Notes: generated from the sequence alone by a model not told the origin. Shown: positions 1-7,308, counted from the first letter of the stretch. The stretch: DNA of 40,711 nt from an uncultured Bacteroidales bacterium (GCA_964633305.1 CAZWGG010000002.1:1-40711), one strand, 5' to 3'. Program-made: numbers and translations.

Positions 1-55
1 TTTTTTAACTTATATAATAAACTTTCTTTATTCAAATAATTTAATAACTTTTGTC
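1..55. repeat. 55-bp terminal direct repeat, identical to 40657..40711 (circular-assembly overlap)
   Basis: Bases 1-55 (ttttttaacttatataataaactttc...aataacttttgtc) recur exactly as the last 55 bases. A minus-strand ORF reads through the junction in frame. Confidence 0.95.
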
Positions 56-374
56 TAGTCTTAAACTTTTTTTTAATGATTTTATCAACAATTTCATTAT
101 CTGGTATATCTTCACCCCTACAAAAATTACAAGTTTTTAATTCTCCATTTTCACAATCACAAGATTTATCACAGTTAGAACAAATTTGTTCCCATTGTTC
201 ATCAGATGGTGGATATTCATCAAACTTTTCACAGTCTATGACTTTATATCCGTCTTTTTCTGCACATTTATCACTACACCAATGAGCCTGACAATTACAG
301 CTTATATAATCACCACAATCTGCAAAGGTATTACCACAGTTTTTTGTTGAACATGTATAATAATCAATACTCAT
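1..374 (-). CDS. Cys-rich zinc-finger-like protein, N-terminal part of a junction-spanning ORF (continues 40656..40398; 210 aa after removing the overlap)
   Basis: ATG at 374-372 sits 9 nt after AAAGAGGA. Hand translation gives MSIDYYTCSTKNCGNTFADCGDYISCNCQAHWCSDKC... with 14 Cys in about 90 aa and no stop down to base 1. The frame matches ORF 40398..40691. Confidence 0.6.
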   Translation of the reverse strand, partial: MSIDYYTCSTKNCGNTFADCGDYISCNCQAHWCSDKCAEKDGYKVIDCEKFDEYPPSDEQWEQICSNCDKSCDCENGELKTCNFCRGEDIPDNEIVDKIIKKKFKTRQKLLNYLNKESLLYKLK

Positions 375-379
375 TTAAT

Positions 380-877
380 TTAATCCTCTTTCAATATAGT
401 TTTATAAAAGATATTTACAGGTTTAGAGTGTGGAACTGTATATTCATACATTAAATCAAATTCAAATTTATCTTTCATAGTATAAAACACAATAACTTTA
501 AAATTTAAATGTGTTGTTGCTCTGCTCAATACTTTGTTATCAAAATCTAATATAGGAGTCATATTTTCAATTTCTAATAAATGATAAGTAAAGTCACTTA
601 TATGTTTTTCAAAATTATCATCTTTTAAAAATTCATTCATGGACTCTTTAATTTCATTGTAGTTATATTCAGATACTTCTAAAAAGCAACCAATATAATC
701 TGGTTTATTTGAATAAGTAATTTTACCTAATAATTTATATTTAAGCTCATTAGTTAATGTATTTTTATTTTTTGAGAAATCAATTAAATTACATTGGTCT
801 AGTTTTTCACACTCTAAACAATTTTTTGGTTGATAACTTAATTCTTCTGCTGGATTTATACAAATATCTTTATTCAT
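380..877 (-). CDS. hypothetical early protein (165 aa)
   Basis: ORF track. ATG preceded by GAAAGG. Tightly packed in the early minus-strand operon. No recognisable motif. Confidence 0.6.
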   Translation of the reverse strand: MNKDICINPAEELSYQPKNCLECEKLDQCNLIDFSKNKNTLTNELKYKLLGKITYSNKPDYIGCFLEVSEYNYNEIKESMNEFLKDDNFEKHISDFTYHLLEIENMTPILDFDNKVLSRATTHLNFKVIVFYTMKDKFEFDLMYEYTVPHSKPVNIFYKTILKED

Positions 878-917
878 AATTTAAAACCTTTCTGGACCCA
901 TTTAAGGGTCCTATTAT

Positions 918-1385
918 TTATAATTTTATTTCTAGTTGTCCACCTATTTTTGTTTGTACTTCAACACTTTTTAATATTTCACCTGTATCCTTATTAACAA
1001 CATCATCACCGTTTATTATTAATGTCTTTTTGAACTCAGCCCATTTTACAGTCACATTTGTTTGTAAATATTTATCTGGTATTTCTCCTGAATTATATTC
1101 GGGTTTTAATTTCATTACTTTAGATTCTTTTTTAATTGAAATCTTTGCAGATGGTAATCTATATGATTGTTCAGTTTTATTATTTTTCATTTTATCAACT
1201 TCAATTAAAGAGTATATAACATCCTTTGTATATTGTTCCTTTTTTAATATTTCGTCCTGATACATATTAATTTTATCTTGATATTCGTCACGCATTTTAG
1301 AAGCAATCAACATTAATCTTTCTTTTTCCTCAGTAAATTCCTTAAGTTCAACAATTAATTTTTCCATTTGATAATCATTATTCAT
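918..1385 (-). CDS. Gam-like / Gp157-like coiled-coil protein (candidate host-nuclease inhibitor)
   Basis: Trimmed to MNNDYQ (ATG 1385) behind GAAAGGATGTTTAATT. N-terminal coiled coil followed by SYRLPSAKISIKKESKV...VKWAEFKK, which resembles the Mu Gam-like architecture. It lies two genes downstream of the ERF annealase. Confidence 0.45.
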   Translation of the reverse strand: MNNDYQMEKLIVELKEFTEEKERLMLIASKMRDEYQDKINMYQDEILKKEQYTKDVIYSLIEVDKMKNNKTEQSYRLPSAKISIKKESKVMKLKPEYNSGEIPDKYLQTNVTVKWAEFKKTLIINGDDVVNKDTGEILKSVEVQTKIGGQLEIKL

Positions 1386-1414
1386 AATTAAACATCCTTT
1401 CAAAATGTAATATT

Positions 1415-1433
1415 GGGCCGGATATACCGACCC
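1415..1433. other. GC-rich hairpin (gggccgg-atata-ccgaccc) between early genes
   Basis: A 7-bp stem (one G-U on the minus strand) stands out in AT-rich DNA. The T-rich tract follows it only on the plus strand. Confidence 0.3.
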
Positions 1434-1440
1434 TTTAAAT

Positions 1441-2001
1441 TTATTTATAGATTGGTTTTTTATAAACATTAAATGTAATATTAGTACATTGTAATCTTGA
1501 TTGTATTCTGTAATTATTAATATCAAAATCGTAATTATAGATAACGCCAATTCTATGAGGTAAATTTTCATCTGGTGAAATAACTTCACCTTCAATTAAA
1601 TTCATTTTAAACAAGTCTTTATATTTTGTGGCTGCTGCATTATAAATTCTATCTTTAATTTCTTGACTTAATTCTTCTGGTATTCCACAATATGAAAAAT
1701 TCATTTCTATATTTTTAAGATTAGTTTTTCCAAATTCAATATTATGTGTGTAAATTTTATCGTATGCATCATGGTTATAATTTGTACGTGTTTCTAATTT
1801 TGTATTTTCTTTCAATGTTACAGCTTCTAGTAAATTTATTATAATAGGAATATTTCTATTCATTGTTTCAAAAGTAATTTCTGTTTCAGTCTTTTTAAAA
1901 GTATCTATATCGATTTCTTTTCCTTCTCCTGTTATAAACATACCTTGTATTTTAGTAATAGCCTCTTTATTTCCCTTTATTCTCATAATATCTTTATTCA
2001 T
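1441..2001 (-). CDS. hypothetical early protein (186 aa)
   Basis: Trimmed to MNKDIMRIK (ATG 2001) behind GAAAGGGTGTTTAATT. No recognisable motif. Confidence 0.6.
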   Translation of the reverse strand: MNKDIMRIKGNKEAITKIQGMFITGEGKEIDIDTFKKTETEITFETMNRNIPIIINLLEAVTLKENTKLETRTNYNHDAYDKIYTHNIEFGKTNLKNIEMNFSYCGIPEELSQEIKDRIYNAAATKYKDLFKMNLIEGEVISPDENLPHRIGVIYNYDFDINNYRIQSRLQCTNITFNVYKKPIYK

Positions 2002-2025
2002 AATTAAACACCCTTTCAAATTTTA

Positions 2026-2895
2026 TTATTTTTTAACCTTGTTCTTTTTAGCCTTATTTTCTAAAACTTTTTCATACTCTTTTGGATATGTTTTTTGTAA
2101 TTTACCATATGTCACTGTTAACCGTTTGCCAATAAGTTTATTATAGTCTGATACACCTGGGACTTTCTTTTTGTCTTTTCCTATAAAACTTGTATGTTCA
2201 GCTAATAAAGCAAGCATTTTATCTGGGTCTTTTTCTGCTACAAGATAAAGTATATTCTTTATTCCACTTATAGCTTCTGCTTCTTCTGGTGTTCTTTCTG
2301 GTTCTTCTGTACTATTATTTGTTGTATTTCCTTTATTATTTCCTCGGTTTTTATCAGTTTGGGCATCTCCATTGCTGGTATTTCCTTGATTAGTTGGTGC
2401 AGTACCGCCACGAAAATTATCACCATGTAAGCCTGTGTTATCGTGACTATCAGGGTCAACGTCCTCACTAATTAGTAATAAATCCTCTAATAATGATTTT
2501 TTTAAGAATGTCTTTGCTGATAAAACTTTTTGTGATAAATCCATTTTTGATTTTGTTCTATCAATGTAAATTTCTCCATTTTCCCCCATTTGATTAGTTG
2601 GGTTATTTATATCAGTTACAATTATATCTAGTATGTATTTTTCACCGTCTAATTTTCCAGATCCAAAACGTATTATTAACCCTAATTCTTTTAATAGTGG
2701 TTTAAGTTCTGCTAAAATATTTTGTATAGTTCTATACTTAAAATCTGCAAAATCGTTTCTATTATCTTTATTAACTTTTACTTTGTCCTGCAGTATCGCC
2801 AATTTTTGATAAATATTTAAGCCTTTAACAAGTTCTGTATCTGTCTTAACTTCTGTTTTTGATTCTACTACCTCATTATTTTTTGTATCAGTCAT
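2026..2895 (-). CDS. erf: ERF-family single-strand annealing protein
   Basis: N-terminal region LNIYQKLAILQDKV...FKYRTIQNILAELKPLLKELGLII is the typical ERF (PF04404-type) pattern. The C-terminal tail is low-complexity and G/N/T-rich. Confidence 0.8.
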   Translation of the reverse strand: MTDTKNNEVVESKTEVKTDTELVKGLNIYQKLAILQDKVKVNKDNRNDFADFKYRTIQNILAELKPLLKELGLIIRFGSGKLDGEKYILDIIVTDINNPTNQMGENGEIYIDRTKSKMDLSQKVLSAKTFLKKSLLEDLLLISEDVDPDSHDNTGLHGDNFRGGTAPTNQGNTSNGDAQTDKNRGNNKGNTTNNSTEEPERTPEEAEAISGIKNILYLVAEKDPDKMLALLAEHTSFIGKDKKKVPGVSDYNKLIGKRLTVTYGKLQKTYPKEYEKVLENKAKKNKVKK

Positions 2896-2897
2896 AA

Positions 2898-3206
2898 TTA
2901 AACACCCTTTCTCATTCTTCTATTTAAACCCTCTAGCAATTTCTTTTTTCTAGTTCTTAAATTCTTTAAATCACTCAATAATTTATTTCTTTTAATTTTA
3001 TCTAACTTAGTTGTCAATTGTGAATTTAAGTTATTAATATCCGCCTGTAACTTCATAGTATCTTTATTTTCAAAATAACAATGATATTCTTTTTTACAGT
3101 TAGGACAAATAAAATATACTTCAACTGCCTTTTCTGGATCTAATATTTCTTTAGTAAGTATTGTTACTAAAAACTTTGTTTTACATTCATTACAAGTCGT
3201 TTCCAC
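2898..3206 (-). CDS. zinc-ribbon plus coiled-coil protein
   Basis: CNEC...CPNC pairs followed by a basic coiled coil. GTG at 3206 lies 9 nt after AGGAGG. The TTG at 3212 used by the ORF track is too close to the RBS. Confidence 0.55.
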   Translation of the reverse strand: METTCNECKTKFLVTILTKEILDPEKAVEVYFICPNCKKEYHCYFENKDTMKLQADINNLNSQLTTKLDKIKRNKLLSDLKNLRTRKKKLLEGLNRRMRKGV

Positions 3207-3408
3207 TTTCAACTTCCTCCTTTGGTTTGAATACTTCTGGAAATTCCATGCCTAACATATCAAGAATTTTAAATATATCAGTTATGAAAAATGTGTTATG
3301 TCTGATCTTATAATTTAAACCCGATGCTGTTAATCCCAAATATTTAGCTAATTCTACAATTGATATATTTCTTTCTTTTAAGATATATCTAAAATATTTG
3401 TCGTTCAT
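3190..3408 (-). CDS. XRE-like helix-turn-helix transcriptional regulator (72 aa)
   Basis: Trimmed to MNDKYFRYILKERNISIVELAKYLGLTASGLNYKI (ATG 3408) behind GGAGGTGAGG. It is the first gene after early promoter 3428-3456. Confidence 0.6.
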   Translation of the reverse strand: MNDKYFRYILKERNISIVELAKYLGLTASGLNYKIRHNTFFITDIFKILDMLGMEFPEVFKPKEEVESGNDL

Positions 3409-3427
3409 GTCCTCACCTCCTAATACT

Positions 3428-3456
3428 ATTTTATAACAAGTCTTATTGTTTGTCAA
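3428..3456 (-). promoter_or_regulatory. sigma-70-type early promoter (TTGACA-N17-TAAAAT)
   Basis: Minus strand reads tttaaaatacttgTTGACAaacaataagacttgttaTAAAATag. It shares about 20 nt of upstream sequence and an ACTTGTT motif with promoter 4015-4043. Confidence 0.7.
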
Positions 3457-3487
3457 CAAGTATTTTAAATCACCTTTTAATTATTTA

Positions 3488-3507
3488 GGAAGGTTCTGAA
3501 CCCTTCC
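3488..3507 (-). terminator. hairpin (ggaagg-N8-ccttcc) after the Lys-rich small ORF
   Basis: 6-bp GC-rich stem just downstream of the stop at 3514. The U-tract on the minus strand is weak. Confidence 0.35.
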
Positions 3508-3513
3508 AGCTTT

Positions 3514-3642
3514 TTATGTGTATTTAGCTCCTTTGATTTTTCTTAAATCATTTTCGTGTCTATCAGATTGTTTTGGTATTTTTGATTTTGTCCATACTTT
3601 TGTTGATTTCTTTTTTGTTTTTTTCTTATCCTCTTCTTTCAA
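3514..3642 (-). CDS. Lys-rich 42-aa peptide (TTG start)
   Basis: AAGGAGG, then 6 nt, then TTG at 3642-3640. Translation (M)KEEDKKKTKKKSTKVWTKSKIPKQSDRHENDLRKIKGAKYT, stop 3516-3514. Too short for the ORF track. Confidence 0.35.
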   Translation of the reverse strand: MKEEDKKKTKKKSTKVWTKSKIPKQSDRHENDLRKIKGAKYT

Positions 3643-3657
3643 AGTAAAACCTCCTTT

Positions 3658-3960
3658 CTAAAAAATATCGTCCTCATACATTAAGTTATCTAAGTAATCA
3701 AAATACTCTTCACTTTTAATATCTTGTTGCTGATCCCATTCGTCCATATTCATATTAACAGGACAACTAATAACTTTTTCATAATCTTCTTGATCCTCGA
3801 TATTTGGTTGTGGTGTATGATCCATTAATATAATACTATTATCTTGATATTCTGCTTTATTTAATAGTATTTCTTCAATAAAATCTTCACATTCTTTATA
3901 TGTTCCAAATTTACACCCCAAAAAATCACCTTTCCAAAATGATACACAATAATTTGCCAT
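3658..3960 (-). CDS. strongly acidic early protein (100 aa; 25 D/E against 6 K)
   Basis: First gene behind consensus promoter 4015-4043. Acidic tail ...DEWDQQQDIKSEEYFDYLDNLMYEDDIF. Confidence 0.7.
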   Translation of the reverse strand: MANYCVSFWKGDFLGCKFGTYKECEDFIEEILLNKAEYQDNSIILMDHTPQPNIEDQEDYEKVISCPVNMNMDEWDQQQDIKSEEYFDYLDNLMYEDDIF

Positions 3961-4014
3961 TATTCAGACCCCCAAATAATTAGTAAGTTGTTGTTGTTCT
4001 CAACTTCTAATATC

Positions 4015-4043
4015 ATTATATAACAAGTGAAACGAATTGTCAA
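4015..4043 (-). promoter_or_regulatory. sigma-70-type early promoter (TTGACA-N17-TATAAT)
   Basis: Minus strand reads tttaaaatacttgTTGACAattcgtttcacttgttaTATAATga. Full consensus hexamers with a 17-nt spacer. Confidence 0.7.
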
Positions 4044-4090
4044 CAAGTATTTTAAACTTTTATTATTTATTTGAATATATTAAGAAACGA

Positions 4091-4126
4091 AAAATCCGGG
4101 TAACCCACAACCCGGATTCTTTTTAT
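4091..4126. terminator. bidirectional rho-independent terminator
   Basis: aaatccggg-N10-cccggatt, flanked by an A-run upstream and a T-run downstream, so either strand sees a hairpin plus U-tract. It separates the lysis genes from the early promoter. Confidence 0.65.
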
Positions 4127-4219
4127 AGTAAAGACCAAAACAAAGTTAAACTAATACCAAGACACAATTTATAAGAATGTATAATTATTAACTAAAAATA
4201 TTATATCATATTAATGCAA

Positions 4220-4254
4220 ATTAGGAAACCCTTTTATTATATAGGTTTCCTAAT
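4220..4254. terminator. 11-bp-stem hairpin downstream of the endolysin
   Basis: attaggaaacc-N13-ggtttcctaat. The T-rich tract is strong on the plus side and weak on the minus side. Confidence 0.4.
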
Positions 4255-4292
4255 ATTTTTATTTTAATTCTTTGCAAAAAATCAAATTAAAT

Positions 4293-5009
4293 TTAATCTA
4301 AGTTTCTAATTTTCTGAATAAGACCAGGCCAATTATAACCAGTTTCTTTTATATTCTTTTTGATTTCAACAATCCATAAATCAGACCATTTTGAAACTTT
4401 TTTAATTGTTTGTTCCCAATTCTCCAAACTTTCAGATTCTTCTGGTGTTATAAATTTATAACCATATAAAGTATATATTGCCTTTGCTGTTCCTATTGCA
4501 AAAAGATCAACGTTAGCTTTATAAAAATTTACGTCTGCACTATTGGAGTGAAAGAAATGTTCACATAAAGCTGCTGGTGCTATGGTTTCTCTAAGTTCAT
4601 AAAGACCATTGGAATATAACACATTGTCTTTCATACAACCCCTATCATTAGTCGGTGTAACTTTTGATATTTCTTTATACCATAACTCAGCGAACTTTTT
4701 ACCTGTAGTTGTATTTTTATAATAATGATATACTTCGCACCCTCTAGCTTTAAGACTTCCAGCATTAGAATGAAAAGCTGCATGTAAATCAACTTTATGT
4801 GTATTAGAATCTGTAATTATTTTTGATAATGTCCATGTTTTATTAATATTTTTATAAATAATAAAATCTGAACCATGCCCACCATTTTTAATAAAATATT
4901 CTGCTCTATCTCTTAAAATAAACATGTTATCCTCTTCTGTACCATAACCAGCAACACCTTTATTATTTTCCTGAGTACTAGCAGATAAGTATATTTTCTT
5001 TTTACTCAT
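4293..5009 (-). CDS. endolysin, N-acetylmuramoyl-L-alanine amidase (Amidase_3 type)
   Basis: Motifs DLHAAFHSNAG, GCEVYHY and LRETIAPAALCEHFFHSN match Amidase_3 hallmarks. The gene is adjacent to a holin-like gene. Confidence 0.9.
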   Translation of the reverse strand: MSKKKIYLSASTQENNKGVAGYGTEEDNMFILRDRAEYFIKNGGHGSDFIIYKNINKTWTLSKIITDSNTHKVDLHAAFHSNAGSLKARGCEVYHYYKNTTTGKKFAELWYKEISKVTPTNDRGCMKDNVLYSNGLYELRETIAPAALCEHFFHSNSADVNFYKANVDLFAIGTAKAIYTLYGYKFITPEESESLENWEQTIKKVSKWSDLWIVEIKKNIKETGYNWPGLIQKIRNLD

Positions 5010-5031
5010 AATAAGTTAATTCTCCTTTCTT

Positions 5032-5328
5032 TTATATTGGTATTGAAAAAATACCTTTTACTATTAAAGTACCCAAACCAACAACAGCTAAACACATACC
5101 AGATATTAAGCCCCATTTTTTATAATCAAATTCTAGTTTTTTGACTTCCATTTCATTTTTTTTTAAAGATATCTGTTGGAAACAATATTCTTGATTTTGT
5201 TTACAATCTTCTTTATTAACTAGTGTACTTAGTTTAGATTCTATTTTATCAAATCTGTTGTTAACTTCTTGCTTAAAATCTTTAACTAAATCATATAACA
5301 TATCAACTTTCTCATTTGGTTCTGACAT
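5032..5328 (-). CDS. XhlA-like / holin-like membrane protein
   Basis: N-terminal coiled coil plus a single C-terminal TM segment (WGLISGMCLAVVGLGTLIVKGIF). Lies immediately upstream of the endolysin. Confidence 0.6.
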   Translation of the reverse strand: MSEPNEKVDMLYDLVKDFKQEVNNRFDKIESKLSTLVNKEDCKQNQEYCFQQISLKKNEMEVKKLEFDYKKWGLISGMCLAVVGLGTLIVKGIFSIPI

Positions 5329-5423
5329 TGTTTTCTCCTTTCTTTATTAAAGATATCTAGCATTTTCTTTAATAAGTTTTTTTATAAATAAGATTATACT
5401 AATAAATTTATTTAAGGTTTTAA

Positions 5424-5606
5424 AAGTTTACCGAGGATTTGAACCCCGGACCCCACCACAATTATATATTATACTGATCCTCTACAAATCACCTAGGTTT
5501 ATATAATTGGTTTTGTTGGTGTGTGCTAGCCATTACACTATAATCTATATATTAAAATTTAACCGGCTACAGTCCCCTTTTTAATAGGAAGTTCACCGGT
5601 TAAACT
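5424..5606 (-). ncRNA. tRNA-like element 1 (T-arm and acceptor pairing, about 180 nt, not a canonical cloverleaf)
   Basis: Minus strand has T-arm CGGGG-TTCAAAT-CCTCG (5431-5449), followed by GTAAACT. That pairs with AGTTTAA at 5606-5600. An anticodon-arm-like TTCCT-ATTAAAA-AGGGG sits at 5574-5590. The intervening roughly 100 nt do not fit a tRNA. Confidence 0.35.
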
Positions 5607-5625
5607 GTATATAAAACTAGAAACA

Positions 5626-5856
5626 TTATAATTTTTTATTATTCCTTTCAGTCTCTAAAACTGCGAATTTTTCATTAAATTCTGCTTCTAGTGGTATAAT
5701 TTCTAACTCTATATTTCTAATATTTTCTTTTAATTTAGTTATATTATTTCCTGAATCAACAAAATCTAAAATTATTTCCATAATTATTTTCTTATCTTTT
5801 AAACTTTCAACTTTTGAACTAATAGCTGCTATTTCTTTAAATAATGTATTGTCCAT
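5626..5856 (-). CDS. hypothetical coiled-coil protein (76 aa)
   Basis: Trimmed to MDNTLFKEI (ATG 5856), 8 nt after AAGGAG. Confidence 0.55.
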   Translation of the reverse strand: MDNTLFKEIAAISSKVESLKDKKIIMEIILDFVDSGNNITKLKENIRNIELEIIPLEAEFNEKFAVLETERNNKKL

Positions 5857-5882
5857 GTTTAACACTCCTTTGTTTTAATATA

Positions 5883-5938
5883 GTCTTAAGCTCGGAATCG
5901 AACCGAGTATTACCGGAATAGTAAGCCATACCTTAAGA
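5883..5938 (-). ncRNA. tRNA-like element 2 (56 nt; perfect 7-bp acceptor plus T-arm; D arm absent, anticodon arm not convincing)
   Basis: Minus strand reads TCTTAAG-N24-CTCGG-TTCGATT-CCGAG-CTTAAGA-C. The acceptor halves at 5932-5938 and 5884-5890 are fully complementary. Confidence 0.35.
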
Positions 5939-6062
5939 TCCTTAACTAGTTTACCAGGCTTTAATTTAAAGTGTAAAGCATGATAACAAACACTGATATT
6001 ATTTATTCTACTTTTCAATTGGGTATATTGAAGGCGTTTCAAATATCAACTTTGCCCCCCAT

Positions 6063-6133
6063 AGCAGATAACAGATTTGAACTGTTGACTTCTAGGTTAT
6101 GAGCCTAGCACCCTGACCACTGGGTTAATCTGC
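6063..6133 (-). tRNA. tRNA-Met (anticodon CAT)
   Basis: Hand-folded cloverleaf: acceptor GCAGAT/ATCTGC, D arm ACCC-AGTGGTCA-GGGT, anticodon arm CTAGG-CTCATAA-CCTAG, variable AAGTC, T arm AACAG-TTCAAAT-CTGTT. 71 nt, no encoded CCA. Confidence 0.8.
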
Positions 6134-6142
6134 AATGCCATA

Positions 6143-6376
6143 TTACTTATTAGAAGTATTAATTGTTATATTATATTTATTACCTACAATATAATCAATA
6201 TTCTTTTCTACATCAGGAATCACAAGTACAGGCCTAATATCTCCTGATTTTCTGAATGTCAACATATTATGACCACCTATAATAGGTGAACGACTCTTTA
6301 TATCTCCAGGAATATTTTCAATAAATTCTTTATTGACTAAAGTCATTTCATAAGTTACTGGTTTAAATTCTCCCAT
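6143..6376 (-). CDS. hypothetical protein (77 aa)
   Basis: ORF track. ATG lies 8 nt after AAGGAG. Confidence 0.6.
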   Translation of the reverse strand: MGEFKPVTYEMTLVNKEFIENIPGDIKSRSPIIGGHNMLTFRKSGDIRPVLVIPDVEKNIDYIVGNKYNITINTSNK

Positions 6377-6482
6377 ATTTTATAATCTCCTTTTAAATAA
6401 TTTGTATATCCTTACCCTAAACCCCTTAAGATATACTGGTTACCGCTACGCCCTTTTGTAACCTCCCACATTTTTATATAAT

Positions 6483-6561
6483 GGCCACATACAGATTTGA
6501 ACTGTAACACCCAGACAGCCCCGGATATGTCCCACACTATGACCCCAATATTAAGAGTGGC
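6483..6561 (-). ncRNA. tRNA-like element 3 (79 nt; T-arm almost identical to that of tRNA-Met; 5-bp acceptor; no anticodon arm found)
   Basis: Minus strand reads GCCAC...TACAG-TTCAAAT-CTGTA-T-GTGGC-C. The interior is G-rich and I could not find a 5-bp/7-nt anticodon arm. Confidence 0.35.
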
Positions 6562-6567
6562 AAGCCC

Positions 6568-6741
6568 TTAATATTTACTAATTATTTTCTTAAGATCTAT
6601 TTCAAATTCCTGCTTAATTTCAACAGGTAACCTTATATCGTCATAAAACTTCTTCATGAGCTGACAGATATCAGTAAATAATGTTGTATCTTTTAATGCT
6701 ACTTCAACAGTAATTTTATCTAAATCTATTTTATCACTCAT
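6568..6741 (-). CDS. hypothetical protein (57 aa)
   Basis: AAGGGGG, then 7 nt, then ATG 6741. Hand translation MSDKIDLDKITVEVALKDTTLFTDICQLMKKFYDDIRLPVEIKQEFEIDLKKIISKY. Below the ORF-track size cutoff. Confidence 0.5.
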   Translation of the reverse strand: MSDKIDLDKITVEVALKDTTLFTDICQLMKKFYDDIRLPVEIKQEFEIDLKKIISKY

Positions 6742-6761
6742 TATCTGACCCCCTTATATCT

Positions 6762-6790
6762 ATTATACTACTTTCATTTATGTATGTAAA
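6762..6790 (-). promoter_or_regulatory. sigma-70-type promoter (TTTACA-N17-TATAAT) for the small-ORF/tRNA/lysis unit
   Basis: Minus strand reads actTTTACAtacataaatgaaagtagTATAATag, about 20 nt upstream of the ORF starting at 6741. Confidence 0.6.
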
Positions 6791-6806
6791 GTACTTTCTT
6801 TAAAAA

Positions 6807-7028
6807 AGGCAATTAAATATTCGGCCTGTCCGTTCTATTAGCAAAAAGAAATAGCAACAATAAAAAGGTATTTATATAATCGATAATGATCAACCCAATT
6901 AGTCACTTAGCCGGATTGAAAAAATAATTGCCTAAATAAAATTGGAAATTGAATATAAAAAAGAGGCAATTATAAATTCGTATAGGGGTTGTTTCAATGA
7001 AAGATACGGAACGAATATATAACTGCCT
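6807..7028. repeat. 17-bp iterons AGGCA(A/G)TTA(A/T)A(A/T)ATTCG: 6807-6823 (+), 6964-6980 (+), 7012-7028 (-), plus a degenerate copy at 6917-6933 (-)
   Basis: Read directly: aggcaattaaatattcg, aggcaattataaattcg, and the reverse complement of cgaatatataactgcct, which is aggcagttatatattcg. All lie in a non-coding AT-rich stretch. Confidence 0.6.
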
Positions 7029-7118
7029 ATGTTTTGTTTTTGTTTATATTTTATATATACTTATGTTCTTATTTATTGGATATTCTTTATTTCGTTTTAT
7101 GATTATTTTTTCATTACT

Positions 7119-7148
7119 TAAAATAGTGACAGCGGTGTCACTATTTTA
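7119..7148. terminator. bidirectional terminator hairpin (atagtgaca-gcgg-tgtcactat)
   Basis: Perfect 9-bp stem with a 4-nt loop. An A-run precedes it and a T-run follows, so it works on both strands. It is a probable end of the replication operon. Confidence 0.6.
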
Positions 7149-7190
7149 TCAAGAGAAACTAAGCACAGAACAGGGAAAAAGAAGTGATTT

Positions 7191-7217
7191 AACTTGTGGT
7201 CAACTTGACCACAAGTT
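7191..7217. repeat. 27-bp near-perfect palindrome aacttgtggtcaa-c-ttgaccacaagtt
   Basis: Read directly. The flanks are the wrong polarity for a terminator (T-run before, A-run after), so a protein-binding or cruciform site is more likely. Confidence 0.8.
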
Positions 7218-7275
7218 AAAAACAGCTGAAAAATTAGGCGATACATTGTATTTTTTTGACAATACATCTGATGTT

Positions 7276-7308
7276 TTGTTGCAATGGTCATTTTGGCTAT
7301 TGCAACAA
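7276..7308. other. 10-bp-stem hairpin (ttgttgcaat-N13-attgcaacaa)
   Basis: Read directly. The T-rich tract follows only on the plus strand. Confidence 0.4.

Noticed and set aside
1-55. The 55-bp end repeat as the genuine physical terminal repeat of a linear genome
   Set aside because: An ORF crosses it in frame, and its length equals a common assembler k-mer. A PBSX-type TerL fits headful packaging better. Read-terminus analysis is needed to be certain.
76-285. 69-aa plus-strand ORF near the window start
   Set aside because: It is antisense to the junction-spanning Cys-rich ORF, which has an RBS, an ATG and a coherent Cys pattern. It has no RBS of its own.
881-917. Hairpin ggaccc-atttaa-gggtcc between the Gam-like gene and the next gene, considered as a terminator
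   Set aside because: It has no U-tract on the coding (minus) strand and sits inside a tightly coupled operon just before an RBS. It is recorded only as a minor structure.
918-3459. Long N-terminal extensions in the ORF track (918..1595, 1441..2019, 3190..3459; similarly 5626..5865, 7454..7726, 21099..24263, 29471..30541, 37791..38348, 39399..39686)
   Set aside because: The extensions overlap upstream genes or start at near-cognate codons that abut the RBS. In each case an internal ATG or GTG with a properly spaced AGGAGG-type site gives a non-overlapping gene, so the coordinates were trimmed.
5424-6561. tRNA 3'-half fragments interpreted as attP cores of a temperate phage
   Set aside because: No integrase, recombinase or recognisable lysogeny repressor module exists anywhere in the closed genome. 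There are also three fragments rather than one.
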